From NCBI GenBank assembly GCA_963764625.1, contig CAVXTH010000006.1:288001-352000 (forward strand): DNA of 64,000 bases, in the 5' to 3' direction. The stretch's first letter is position 1. The number at the start of each line of letters is the position of its first letter. The notes under the pieces are model-generated. The model saw only the letters and a program-made list of their open reading frames with translations. It searched no databases and had not been told where the DNA came from. This DNA comes from Candidatus Krumholzibacteriota bacterium. Its GTDB lineage: Bacteria; Krumholzibacteriota; Krumholzibacteriia; JAJRXK01. A program made the translations under genes and the position numbers. Shown piece after piece: positions 1 through 8,751 of this stretch.

Positions 1-1
1 G

Positions 2-127
2 GAAGTGATCGACGGAATGGACGTGCTCGACAAGGCGGAGAAGGTCGAGATCGGTCCGAAGGACAAGCCGGTCGAGGACATCGTCATCACCGGAGTGAAG
101 GTGCTCAAGTCCGCAGGCAAAGAATAG
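2..127 (+). CDS. Cyclophilin-type peptidyl-prolyl isomerase, C-terminal fragment (5' end outside window)
   Basis: Frame 2 reads EVIDGMDVLDKAEKVEIGPKDKPVEDIVITGVKVLKSAGKE*, matching the cyclophilin C-terminal pattern (V..GMDV.D.I ... D.P...IVI). Confidence 0.8.
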   Translation, partial: EVIDGMDVLDKAEKVEIGPKDKPVEDIVITGVKVLKSAGKE

Positions 128-161
128 AGAACGGAACTTGGTTCGTGCCTTCTGAACCCCT

Positions 162-196
162 GCCCCCGCATTCCCGATCCGGGACGGGGGCTTTAT
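162..196 (+). terminator. Possible intrinsic terminator after the cyclophilin gene
   Basis: GCCCCCG..TCCCG-ATC-CGGGA-CGGGGGC stem followed by TTTATCTT. Confidence 0.4.
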
Positions 197-197
197 C

Positions 198-2114
198 TTG
201 AATCCACTTGGGTCCCAAACCTGGGCAAAGGAACTCTCCGTGCGCGGACTTCTCAGATCGGTTTTCCTGCTTCTGGTCTTGGCCCCTGGACTCGCCTGGG
301 GCTACCCCGCCACTGGCAGCCACGGCTACGGCATGACCGTGTTCGAAGGGAAGGAGCCGCAGCGCTTCGAGGTCGAGATTCTCGGTGTGCTCGAGCGGGC
401 GGGTTCCACTGGCGACGTCATTCTGGCACGACTCTCCGGTGGGCCTCTTCAGGAAACGGGCGTGCTCCAGGGAATGAGCGGAAGTCCGGTCTGGGTGGAT
501 GACGAATTGGTGGGGGCGGTGGCGGCCACCTGGGCCTTCGCCAAAGAACCTCTCGCATTGATTCGTCCCATCCAGGAGATGCGGCCGCTGCGCGACTATC
601 TCGATGGAGGCAAGCACCCCACCTGGTCGCCGGGCGATCGGCTCGCTCCGGCGCCCAATGCGGTTTCGACTCCCATGCCTTTCGATCAAGCACGCGAGCT
701 GCGCGAGCTCGGGCTCTCGAGCGAGAACGACCCGCAAGAGACGGCGACGCCGCTCCCTCTAGATGAGCTCTGGCCGTTGGGTAGGGTGGGTGGACTCAGC
801 TGGAGTGAGTCGGGTTGGTCTCCCGCTGTGCGCGAAGCTCTGGAGCGGCGGATGGGTGTCTCGCTGGTTCCAGCTCTGAGCGCCGGCAATGCGCCGGCGA
901 GCCCTTCGAGCGAGCGGGACCAAAGCGAAGCGTTGCCTCCGGCGCGGGTATCCGCGGGCGATGCGGTCGCAGTGCTCCTGGTCAGCGGCGACGCCCAGTT
1001 GGCGGCTACCGGAACCGTGAGTGAAGTCGACGGTGAGGACATTCTCGCCTTCGGTCATCCCTTCCTCGGGGCAGGCCCGGTGAGCCTGCCGATGTACGCG
1101 GCCGAAGTGGTTGGCGTGCTTCCCAGCCTGCAGATCTCCTTCAAGTTCACCAATCCCACGCAAGAGATCGGAGCTCTCCTCTTGGATCGACCCCAAGGGG
1201 TCGCGGGAAGGCTCGGAGTGCGCGCTGACACTCTGCCGGTGGAAGTGACGGTCGAGTCGGATGACGGGGAAAGTCGCATCTTTCATTACCGCGTCGCCCG
1301 GCATCCCACGGTTGGCCCTCCCCTGGTCTACTGGTGCGTGCAGAACTCTCTCTCATCACTCTCCGACCTGGCTGCGGTCGCGACGGCGCAGATGAAGCTG
1401 GAGCTGGACATCGAGGGGGAGGAACCGCTCCGCAGCGCCGCCGCGGTCACCGGACTGGAGACCGGCGGGACGCTGGCGAAGGAAGTGATGCTTCCGCTGA
1501 GTTTGCTCACCTTCAATCCGGGACACTCGGTGCGGGTGGAAAGGGTCAAGCTGTCGCTCCAACTGCAAAGTGGAGTGCGGTCGGCTCAGTTGGGTCGCGT
1601 CCGCGTTCGCCCCGCCCGCCCGAAGCCCTCTGATTCGCTCGAGGTGGGCGTCGAGCTCTTGCCCTACCGCTCGCAGCCGCAATGGGTGGAACTGAAATTC
1701 ACGCTGCCGCCCGATCTTCCCGAAGGCAAGTACGTGTTGCATCTCAGCGACGGAACCACTGCCTTCGCAACCGAAGTGAGCCGTGCCGAGGAACGTTGGG
1801 GCTATCCGGGGCTGCGTCCCATTCGCGAAGCGTTCGCGCGCCGGCGCTCAGCGAGAACACTCGTCGCGGTCCTCTACGGTCGCGCTTCGGCCGCGGTGGT
1901 GCAGGGGAGGGAGTGGGAGGACTTGCCGGGTAGCGTGGAGAGCGTGATGCGAGCTTCCCACGGAAGTCAGGGAAGCGAGGGTGTGAAGGCCGCGGTGATC
2001 CAGCGCCAGGAGAAGGACACCGAGTGGGTGCTTTCAGGTGATGTCGTGCTGCCACTCACCATCGCCTCCCCCAAGCACCAAGCCGGAGAGCTGGTCTCTC
2101 CGAAGGGCCCTTGA
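198..2114 (+). CDS. Secreted SpoIVB-like peptidase S55 domain protein (real start possibly GTG at 240)
   Basis: Signal-like N-terminus (SVFLLLVLAPGLAWG); GYGMTVFEG..PQRFEVEILGVL; catalytic GMSGSPV motif; GTV..VDG..ILAFGHPF. Confidence 0.85.
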   Translation: MNPLGSQTWAKELSVRGLLRSVFLLLVLAPGLAWGYPATGSHGYGMTVFEGKEPQRFEVEILGVLERAGSTGDVILARLSGGPLQETGVLQGMSGSPVWVDDELVGAVAATWAFAKEPLALIRPIQEMRPLRDYLDGGKHPTWSPGDRLAPAPNAVSTPMPFDQARELRELGLSSENDPQETATPLPLDELWPLGRVGGLSWSESGWSPAVREALERRMGVSLVPALSAGNAPASPSSERDQSEALPPARVSAGDAVAVLLVSGDAQLAATGTVSEVDGEDILAFGHPFLGAGPVSLPMYAAEVVGVLPSLQISFKFTNPTQEIGALLLDRPQGVAGRLGVRADTLPVEVTVESDDGESRIFHYRVARHPTVGPPLVYWCVQNSLSSLSDLAAVATAQMKLELDIEGEEPLRSAAAVTGLETGGTLAKEVMLPLSLLTFNPGHSVRVERVKLSLQLQSGVRSAQLGRVRVRPARPKPSDSLEVGVELLPYRSQPQWVELKFTLPPDLPEGKYVLHLSDGTTAFATEVSRAEERWGYPGLRPIREAFARRRSARTLVAVLYGRASAAVVQGREWEDLPGSVESVMRASHGSQGSEGVKAAVIQRQEKDTEWVLSGDVVLPLTIASPKHQAGELVSPKGP

Positions 2115-2137
2115 AAGGAAAACCCGAGGAGTCATTC

Positions 2138-4207
2138 ATGCGGCGGTTTGCTTTTTCCATTGTGACGGTTCTCTTGCTGTCTTACCCCGGCTTGTCGTTC
2201 GCGGCGGGAACGCGCAACGCGGTCCATCGAGGGGACGGTTTTCTGCTGGGAGAAATGAAGGGGCTCGGGCTCGATGCCGAGAAGCGTCTCTCTCCCGCTC
2301 CCCTGCAGAGCAAAGAGTGGAAGACCGACGCCGACTATGTGTGGTGTCTCGCCCGTGATTCCAAGGGCCGTCTTTTGGCCGGCACTGGCAACTCGGGAGT
2401 GATCTATCGCGAGGAGGACGATGCCCTCAAACCCTGGTCGGTCCCCCTGGGTCTAGAGGTCCTGTCGATCTTGGCGGTTCAGAATGCGGTGTTGGCGGGC
2501 ACCGCCCCCGATGGCACCGTCTATCGGGTCGCCGAGGACGGTTCGGCGAGCATCGCCCTCGAATCGAATCTGCAGAGCATCTGGTGTCTATCCCCGGGAT
2601 GGAAGGAGGGCGCTTGGCTGGCCGGAACCGGTCCGGAGGCCAAGCTCTTTCGGCTGAAAGCGAAGCAGACGAGCGGGGAATTGATTCACGAATTTCCCGC
2701 CGCAAACCTGGTGGCGATCCTCAAGGACGAGGGGGGCTTCTGGCTGTGTACGCACAGTCCCGCGCTGCTCTATCGCGTGGAAGGCAAGGAGGAGAATCCT
2801 CCACAGCTGAAGTACGAGGCGCCGAAGGCGGAGATTCGGACCATCGTGAGCGATGGAGCGCAGGGCGTGTTCTTGTTGATCCTGGACGACCCGACCCAAG
2901 CAGACATCCAGGGGCAAAGCTCCAAGGTGCAAAGCAGAGTTCTCTGGCTTCCATCGGACGGGGGTGAGGTGCAGGTCTACGCGGTGGATCACCGGCTGTT
3001 GAGCTTGGCTCGCATGCCCGATGGTTCCCTCCTGGCGGGTGAATCCGAAACGGGACGACTTCATCACATCGAACCCTTGCGAGCGCGCGGAACCATCTGG
3101 GGCGATCTCGAAGGAGGCGATCCTCTGGCGCTTCTGGTGGGCGAGAAAGGTGGAATCGACATCGGCACCGGAAATCCCGGCAGCGTGTTCCATCTCGAAC
3201 CCGCGGCCGCGTCCGAAGGACTGTACACCTCGCCGGTGATCGACACCGCGGGCGCCATCGCCTGGGGACGCGTTCAAGTGGACTCCGAAGACGGGTCGGT
3301 CGAGGTGAGAACTCGCAGCGGCATTCGCGCCGAGCCCGACGCGAGTTGGAGCCACTGGAGTGCTCCGGTCCCCGCAGGGGAAAGGGTGGACGCGCCGTTG
3401 GCGCCGTACCTGCAGTATCGCCTCGTCCTTCAGGGCGGCGACTCGCCGGCGCGCGTGAGCGCCACTCGCGTGAGCTGGCGCGAGAGAAACCTCGCACCGC
3501 GTTTGCAGGAAGTTCGGGTGGAACCGGCCGAAGCTGTATTGTACTCGGGAGGTGGCAACAGCAGCCCTCCGGCTCCGGTGAGTCAGCAGTTCGACGACGG
3601 GCTCGAGGTCGAGTATTCCCTCTATCAGAGCAAGCAACCGGCGGCGCCGGAGTTGAGCGCCTGGTCGCGCGGTCTGCGAAGTGTTCGCTGGAAGGCCGAA
3701 GATCCCAATTCCGATCGGCTCGAGTTCACGGTCGAGGTCAAACGACAGGGAAGCAAAAGCTGGTATACCCTGGGCAAGGATCTGATGGCGCCGGTGTATG
3801 CCTGGGACACGCGCTCATTCGAGGACGGAGCCTATCGCGTACGCGTGCGCGCCGATGACCGTCTCGACAACGACGCGGATTCCGCGCTGAACAGCGATCA
3901 GACCAGCGCGCTGATCATCGTCGACAACACTCCGCCGGTCTTTGAGAACCTGAAGTGGACGGACAAGTCCAAGCTCGAGCTATCCGGTGAGGTGAGGGAC
4001 CAGAGCTCTCCTCTCACTTCGCTCTCGATCAAGAGTGGTAAGAGAGAGTGGATTCCGGTGGAGCCTTCCGATGAAGTTCTCGATGGACCATACGAGACGT
4101 TTACGCTGCGTCTGAATCCACTGGACGATCAGGACACGAATCGGGTGTGGCTCCGCGCCGTCGATGCGGCGGGCAACGTCACCCTCCGCGAATTGCAGCG
4201 TCAATGA
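2138..4207 (+). CDS. Secreted beta-propeller plus FN3/Ig-like domain protein
   Basis: Signal peptide (MRRFAFSIVTVLLLSYPGLSFA); repeated propeller blades (LLAGTGNSG, VLAGTAPDG, WLAGTGPEA, IGTGNPG); C-terminal W.AEDPNSDRL..WDT..DG.YRVRV.A.D..DNTPP beta-sandwich. GAGGAG SD upstream of ATG 2138. Confidence 0.75.
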   Translation: MRRFAFSIVTVLLLSYPGLSFAAGTRNAVHRGDGFLLGEMKGLGLDAEKRLSPAPLQSKEWKTDADYVWCLARDSKGRLLAGTGNSGVIYREEDDALKPWSVPLGLEVLSILAVQNAVLAGTAPDGTVYRVAEDGSASIALESNLQSIWCLSPGWKEGAWLAGTGPEAKLFRLKAKQTSGELIHEFPAANLVAILKDEGGFWLCTHSPALLYRVEGKEENPPQLKYEAPKAEIRTIVSDGAQGVFLLILDDPTQADIQGQSSKVQSRVLWLPSDGGEVQVYAVDHRLLSLARMPDGSLLAGESETGRLHHIEPLRARGTIWGDLEGGDPLALLVGEKGGIDIGTGNPGSVFHLEPAAASEGLYTSPVIDTAGAIAWGRVQVDSEDGSVEVRTRSGIRAEPDASWSHWSAPVPAGERVDAPLAPYLQYRLVLQGGDSPARVSATRVSWRERNLAPRLQEVRVEPAEAVLYSGGGNSSPPAPVSQQFDDGLEVEYSLYQSKQPAAPELSAWSRGLRSVRWKAEDPNSDRLEFTVEVKRQGSKSWYTLGKDLMAPVYAWDTRSFEDGAYRVRVRADDRLDNDADSALNSDQTSALIIVDNTPPVFENLKWTDKSKLELSGEVRDQSSPLTSLSIKSGKREWIPVEPSDEVLDGPYETFTLRLNPLDDQDTNRVWLRAVDAAGNVTLRELQRQ

Positions 4208-4719
4208 ATCTGCAAGATGGCGGGCTAGAAGCTGAGTTCATGGCGATTCGTCCCGCGGACGAGCGCTTCATGCGTCTGGCTCTGGCCGAAGCCACGGTGG
4301 CGCTCGAGGAGGGTGAGACTCCGGTGGGCGCGGTGGTGGTGCACGATGGGCGGGTGATCGGACGCGGTCACAACCGGGTGGAAGCGCTCGGCGATGCCAC
4401 TGCGCACGCGGAGATCCTGGCCATCGGCGCGGCGGCGGCGACTCTGGGAGATTGGCGCCTGAGCGACGCGACCCTCTACGTGAACATGGAACCCTGCATC
4501 ATGTGCGCGGGAAGCCTCCTCTTGGCGCGAATCCAACGACTGGTCTACGGGCTCAGGGATCCACGCGCGGGCGCGTGCGGTTCCTGCCTGGACCTCCTGC
4601 AGGCGAACCCCTACAAGCTCGATCTCCAGCTGCGCGACGGATGCCTGGCGGAGGAGAGCGAGGCGTTACTCACGGAGTTTTACCGCAAACTGCGCGGGCG
4701 AGGTTCCCTGCTCCCTTGA
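4204..4719 (+). CDS. tadA: tRNA-specific adenosine-34 deaminase
   Basis: FMRLAL..A..A...GE.PVGAVVV, HAE and EPCIMCAG zinc motifs; ATGA overlap with the upstream stop. Confidence 0.93.
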   Translation: MNLQDGGLEAEFMAIRPADERFMRLALAEATVALEEGETPVGAVVVHDGRVIGRGHNRVEALGDATAHAEILAIGAAAATLGDWRLSDATLYVNMEPCIMCAGSLLLARIQRLVYGLRDPRAGACGSCLDLLQANPYKLDLQLRDGCLAEESEALLTEFYRKLRGRGSLLP

Positions 4720-4743
4720 AAATGGAGGGCGAGACACTATCAT
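4716..4743 (+). promoter_or_regulatory. Sigma70-type promoter for the tRNA-Ser pair
   Basis: TTGAAA (4716-4721), 16 bp, TATCAT (4738-4743), 40 nt upstream of the tRNA. Confidence 0.5.
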
Positions 4744-4782
4744 CTTGTGGCCGGATAAGGAGCATTCCCCCCGGCGCTTCAA

Positions 4783-4870
4783 GGAGAGATGCGAGAGCGG
4801 TTTAATCGGCACGACTGGAAATCGTGTGTACCGAGAGGTACCGTGGGTTCGAATCCCACTCTCTCCGCCA
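4783..4870 (+). tRNA. tRNA-Ser(GGA)
   Basis: GGAGAGA/TCTCTCC acceptor stem plus GCCA; anticodon arm CACGA-ctGGAaa-TCGTG; long variable arm; GGTTCGAATCC T-loop. Confidence 0.96.
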
Positions 4871-4915
4871 CATTTTCGACCCGAGCCCGCAAATGAGCGG
4901 GCTCGTAGACTCTGC

Positions 4916-5005
4916 GGAGAGGTGCCGGAGCGGTCGAACGGGACGGTCTCGAAAACCGTTGATCCCGAAAGGGGTCCCAGGGTTCGAATCCCTGCCTCTC
5001 CGCCA
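4916..5005 (+). tRNA. tRNA-Ser(CGA)
   Basis: GGAGAGG/CCTCTCC plus GCCA; anticodon arm ACGGT-ctCGAaa-ACCGT; long variable arm; GGTTCGAATCC. Confidence 0.96.
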
Positions 5006-5031
5006 GAACCCCCGGCTTCCGTGCCTTGGAC

Positions 5032-5460
5032 TCATGCGCGCGGACGCAGCCGCACCAGAAGAGCCCCCGTCCCACCCTCGTGGGACGGGGCGTCCTCGAA
5101 TCCGGCGACCAGCTGCGGATGTTCCCCAAGCCACTGCCGCACTGCCGGGGCGAGGATGGGGATGCCGTCCGGTGAACTCCGACCTTTCCCCACGATCACG
5201 ATCAACTCTTCGGTCCCCAGTGCACGCTTGGCGTGAAGGAAACTCTCGAGGCGAGCGAGGGCCAGTTCGAGGGGCATCTTGCGCAGCATCAGGCGGGGAC
5301 GCGAGGGCTTGGCCACCGGCGGCGGCTTGGAGCGGGTGGAGCGTTTCGTGGGGGCTTTGGGCTGCGATTTTCCGGCCGGAGGGGGATTCTCCGAGAGGTG
5401 CCGGAGTATCTCCTCGCGGATCTCTTGCGCGGAGCTTTTCTGCTTTCTTCGCTTGGCCAT
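5032..5460 (-). CDS. Stand-alone Smr/MutS2 C-terminal domain protein
   Basis: MAKRRKQK start; ALARLESFL...LIVIVGKGRSS...ILAPAVRQWL...GGTGALLVRLR is the Smr fold signature. Confidence 0.85.
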   Translation of the reverse strand: MAKRRKQKSSAQEIREEILRHLSENPPPAGKSQPKAPTKRSTRSKPPPVAKPSRPRLMLRKMPLELALARLESFLHAKRALGTEELIVIVGKGRSSPDGIPILAPAVRQWLGEHPQLVAGFEDAPSHEGGTGALLVRLRPRA

Positions 5461-5481
5461 GGGACTTTGGGGGCGAGGAAA

Positions 5482-5510
5482 TTGACAAGGGGCTGCTCCC
5501 ATGCTACTTC
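5482..5510 (+). promoter_or_regulatory. Possible promoter for tRNA-Ala, ffs and dnaX
   Basis: Perfect TTGACA (5482-5487), 17 bp, then TG-C-TACTTC (imperfect extended -10), 11 nt before the tRNA. Confidence 0.45.
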
Positions 5511-5521
5511 ATACGCGGCAT

Positions 5522-5598
5522 GGGGATGTAGCTCAGTTTGGGAGAGCGCCTCGTTCGCAACGAGGAGGTCGGCGGTTCGAGCCCGCTCATCTCCACCA
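5522..5598 (+). tRNA. tRNA-Ala(CGC)
   Basis: GGGGATG/CATCTCC with the G3:U70 identity pair; anticodon arm CCTCG-ttCGCaa-CGAGG; GGTTCGAGCCC; ACCA end. Confidence 0.96.
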
Positions 5599-5678
5599 GT
5601 TCTCGATCGCTCAAGCGCCGAATTCGCCGTGTCAGCCCCCGTAGCGGGAACGATTTGCGAGGGCGGATCGCGCCAGTT

Positions 5679-5778
5679 TGGGCCAGGTCCTGCGCAGCAT
5701 CAGCTTGCTAATCCGGTCAGGACTGGAAAGTAGCAGCCGCGTGCGAGTCCTGTTGTGTGCCGCAGGCAGCCTGGCCCA
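5679..5778 (+). ncRNA. ffs: Signal recognition particle (4.5S) RNA
   Basis: Helix-8 motif GGTCAGGACT-GGAA-AGTAGCAGCC; terminal stem TGGGCCAGG/CCTGGCCCA; usual position upstream of dnaX. Confidence 0.9.
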
Positions 5779-5819
5779 TCTACTCCTCACGGGCAAAGCG
5801 CCCATAGCCCTGGGTCATC

Positions 5820-7550
5820 ATGTCCTATCAGGTGCTCGCGCGCAGATGGCGCCCCCAAACTTTCGGCGACATCGTCGGTCAGGAACATGTGACCGCCACC
5901 CTGGCCAACGCGCTGGCCAAGGGCCGCGTGGCGCACGCCTATCTCTTCACCGGTCCCCGGGGCTGTGGCAAGACCACAATGGCGCGGCTTCTCGCGAAAG
6001 CGCTCAATTGCGATGAAGGTCCCACCGCGGCGCCGTGCGGAGTCTGTCCCAGCTGCAAAGGAATCGCCGAAGGGAACATGTTGGATGTTCTCGAAATCGA
6101 TGCCGCATCGCATACCGGGGTCGACAACATTCGCGAGCTGCGGGAGAACGCGCAGTATCAACCTTCGGCAGGCAAGAAGCGCATCTTCATCATCGATGAA
6201 GTGCACATGCTCAGCAAAGGCGCGTTCAACGCTCTGTTGAAGACGCTCGAAGAGCCGCCCGAACACGTCCATTTCATTTTCGCCACCACAGAACCGGCGC
6301 GAATCCCGCGGACCATTCTCTCGCGCTGTCAGCGTTTCGATTTTCGACTCTTCACTCTGAAGGAGATTCGCCAGCGGCTCGAACTCATCGTGAAAGACGA
6401 GAAACGTGAGGTCAGTGAGGATGCTCTGGAACTTCTCGCCGCCATGGCGGAGGGGAGCATGCGCGATGCCCTGAGTCTTCTCGATCAGGCGTTTTCCTCG
6501 GTGGACGGGAAGCTCGAGAAAGACGCCGTCATGGGTCTCTTCGGTCTCGCCGGACCCGATACTTACCTCGCGCTCAATGATGCCATCCTCGCTCGCGACA
6601 GCCGCGCCGCCCTCGACCTGGTCGACGAGCTCAATCAATCGGGATTCGACCTGGTCGATTTCGCGCGCGGACTGGTCGGTAATTTCCGCGACCTCCTGCT
6701 CATTTGTCTCGATGAGGAACTCGCGAGCCGGGTGGAAAAACCCGAAGCGGTGAAGAAGCGAATGCACGAGCAAGCCCGGGAGTTCTCGCCGCAAGATTTG
6801 CTCTATCTCACCCAGCGCGCGGCGGAGAATTACAGCCGGCTCGAGAGGGCTCCTCAGCCCCGTTGGTTGCTCGAGGCCCAGATCGTCGAATACACGCGGA
6901 TGGAGAGTCAGGTTCTCCTCAGCGAGATCTTGGGCCGTCTCCAGGAGCTTCAGGGAGACGGCCAGGGCGGGACGAGTTCCGGTCTGGAGGGAGGGAAGCC
7001 CTCCGTCGGCGCTTCGCCTCCACGCGAGGGCAAGGCGCGGGCGAAACGCGCTTCCAGTCAGACTTCGTCCACTCCGGACGGTGATTCCGCCAAGAAGGGC
7101 AGCTCACGGCCAGCGGCTCGCATGGCGGATGAGGTGGAACTTTCAGCGCCCGGCGAGATCGACACGACCGCGGCATTCACCAGCCTGGCCAGTCGCGTCT
7201 GCTCGGACAACATGGGATTGGGCACCTGTCTGTTGAATGCGGTGCCACTGGTGGAGGGTGATCGCTTGCTTCTGAAGTTCGCGCCCGAGCACGAGTTCCA
7301 TCGCGGGCAGCTGAAAGAGAAGAAAACCCTGCTCTGGCTGAGTTCCCTGACCCCCGAGTGCTTTGGGCGGAGACTGCAGATCGTGACGGTCTCGTCGTCG
7401 CCCGATTCCCAGGAGGACCTCGTGCGTTCGCGAGTGCAACGAGAGATCGCTCCCACCGCGAAGCAGAGGATCGAGAAGCTCAGTCAAAAACACCCCGGAT
7501 TGAATCATCTGCTCACGAGTCTGGGTGGCCGGGTCACCGACGAGAGCTGA
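5820..7550 (+). CDS. dnaX: DNA polymerase III subunit gamma/tau
   Basis: MSYQVLARRWRPQTF, GPRGCGKTT, zinc cysteines, IIDEVHML, SRCQRF. Confidence 0.97.
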   Translation: MSYQVLARRWRPQTFGDIVGQEHVTATLANALAKGRVAHAYLFTGPRGCGKTTMARLLAKALNCDEGPTAAPCGVCPSCKGIAEGNMLDVLEIDAASHTGVDNIRELRENAQYQPSAGKKRIFIIDEVHMLSKGAFNALLKTLEEPPEHVHFIFATTEPARIPRTILSRCQRFDFRLFTLKEIRQRLELIVKDEKREVSEDALELLAAMAEGSMRDALSLLDQAFSSVDGKLEKDAVMGLFGLAGPDTYLALNDAILARDSRAALDLVDELNQSGFDLVDFARGLVGNFRDLLLICLDEELASRVEKPEAVKKRMHEQAREFSPQDLLYLTQRAAENYSRLERAPQPRWLLEAQIVEYTRMESQVLLSEILGRLQELQGDGQGGTSSGLEGGKPSVGASPPREGKARAKRASSQTSSTPDGDSAKKGSSRPAARMADEVELSAPGEIDTTAAFTSLASRVCSDNMGLGTCLLNAVPLVEGDRLLLKFAPEHEFHRGQLKEKKTLLWLSSLTPECFGRRLQIVTVSSSPDSQEDLVRSRVQREIAPTAKQRIEKLSQKHPGLNHLLTSLGGRVTDES

Positions 7551-7579
7551 ACACTGACCCTCAACCAGGACACCACACC

Positions 7580-7888
7580 ATGGACATGAATCACTTGATG
7601 AAGCAGGCCCAACAGATGCAGCAGCAGATGCAGAAGGCGCAGGAGGAGCTGGCCGAACGGACCGTCGAGGCGGAGAGCGGTGGGGGAATGGTCAAGGTGG
7701 TGCTCAACGGAAAACAGGAGCTGGTCTCCATTCACATCGATCCCAAAGCGGTGGATGCCGAGGAAGTGGATCTGCTCGAGGACCTGATTCTGGCCGCGGT
7801 GCAGGAAGGTCAGAAGAGGGTGGCGCAAATGAGCCAAGAATCCCTGGGTAAGGTCACCGGCGGTCTCTCCTTCCCCGGCCTCTTCTAG
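7580..7888 (+). CDS. ybaB: YbaB/EbfC nucleoid-associated protein
   Basis: MKQAQQMQ...SGGGMVKV..NGKQEL..I.ID...LEDLILAAV; lies between dnaX and recR. Confidence 0.95.
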   Translation: MDMNHLMKQAQQMQQQMQKAQEELAERTVEAESGGGMVKVVLNGKQELVSIHIDPKAVDAEEVDLLEDLILAAVQEGQKRVAQMSQESLGKVTGGLSFPGLF

Positions 7889-7898
7889 GCATCATCCC

Positions 7899-8510
7899 AT
7901 GGAACGACATTTCCTCGGCTCTCCCCGCCTCGAGCATCTGGTCAAGCTCTTCTCGCGCTTCCCCGGCATTGGCAGGAAATCCGCCACGCGGATGGCGTTG
8001 CACGTCTTGGCCGCATCACAGGACGAGGCGGTGGAACTGGCCGACAGCCTGAAGGAGGTCGTGAGCCGGGTCCGCGCCTGCGAGCGCTGCGGAGCCATTT
8101 CCGAGGAGGCGAGTTGCGAGCTCTGCCGCGATCCCCGGCGGCAGGCTGCCCTGCTCTGCGTGGTGGAACAGCCCACCGATATCTTCTCCCTGGAAAAGGC
8201 GGCCGTTTTTCGCGGCCGGTACCACGTCTTGGGAGGGCTTCTCTCTCCCCTGGACGGGGTGGAGGCCTCCGACCTGCGTCTGGGGGTCCTGCGCAAGCGC
8301 GTCGAGGAAGAGGGTGTGAAGGAAGTGGTTCTGGCCCTGCCGGGCAGCGTGGAAGGAGAGGCCACCTCCCTCTACGTCGCGCGCCTTCTCTCGGACAGTG
8401 GCGTTGCGACCAGCCGTCTGGCCACCGGGATCCCGGTGGGGGGACAGCTGGAGTACGTGGACGAGGTGACCCTCGAACGGGCATTCTCCGGCCGCCGTCC
8501 CCTCGACTGA
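7899..8510 (+). CDS. recR: Recombination mediator RecR
   Basis: PGIGRKSA.R, C4 zinc finger, CVVE, YHVLGG.LSPLDG, EGEAT, GIPVGG.LEYVD. Confidence 0.97.
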   Translation: MERHFLGSPRLEHLVKLFSRFPGIGRKSATRMALHVLAASQDEAVELADSLKEVVSRVRACERCGAISEEASCELCRDPRRQAALLCVVEQPTDIFSLEKAAVFRGRYHVLGGLLSPLDGVEASDLRLGVLRKRVEEEGVKEVVLALPGSVEGEATSLYVARLLSDSGVATSRLATGIPVGGQLEYVDEVTLERAFSGRRPLD

Positions 8511-8751
8511 GATCTTTTGCTTTTTATTCTCCCACGACCCTCCGCGCGCGCTCGCCCTTTCATCTCGGGGCGTGGGGTTCTCTGTGCATGCTTCTTGCGT
8601 GTCAGAGAGGCGTTCCCGGGAGATTGCGGGTCTTCGGTGCCTGTCACCGCGATGCTCTCCCTCTGATGCGGGCCGCGATGTCCGATCTTTCTAGTCTCAA
8701 AAGTCCTTCAATGAGAAGGACTTGTATGAGTGAGAGTGGAGCGAGGCAAAC

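Noticed and set aside
4882-4905. 9-bp hairpin between the two tRNA-Ser genes as a separate ncRNA or REP element
   Set aside because: Single copy; most simply a spacer structure of the tRNA precursor.
4783-5598. Integrative element at the tRNA genes
   Set aside because: No integrase and no duplicated tRNA 3' end (att site) was found in the window.
5820-7550. dnaX gamma/tau programmed frameshift
   Set aside because: No A-AAA-AAG heptamer or long A tract was seen in the linker region.
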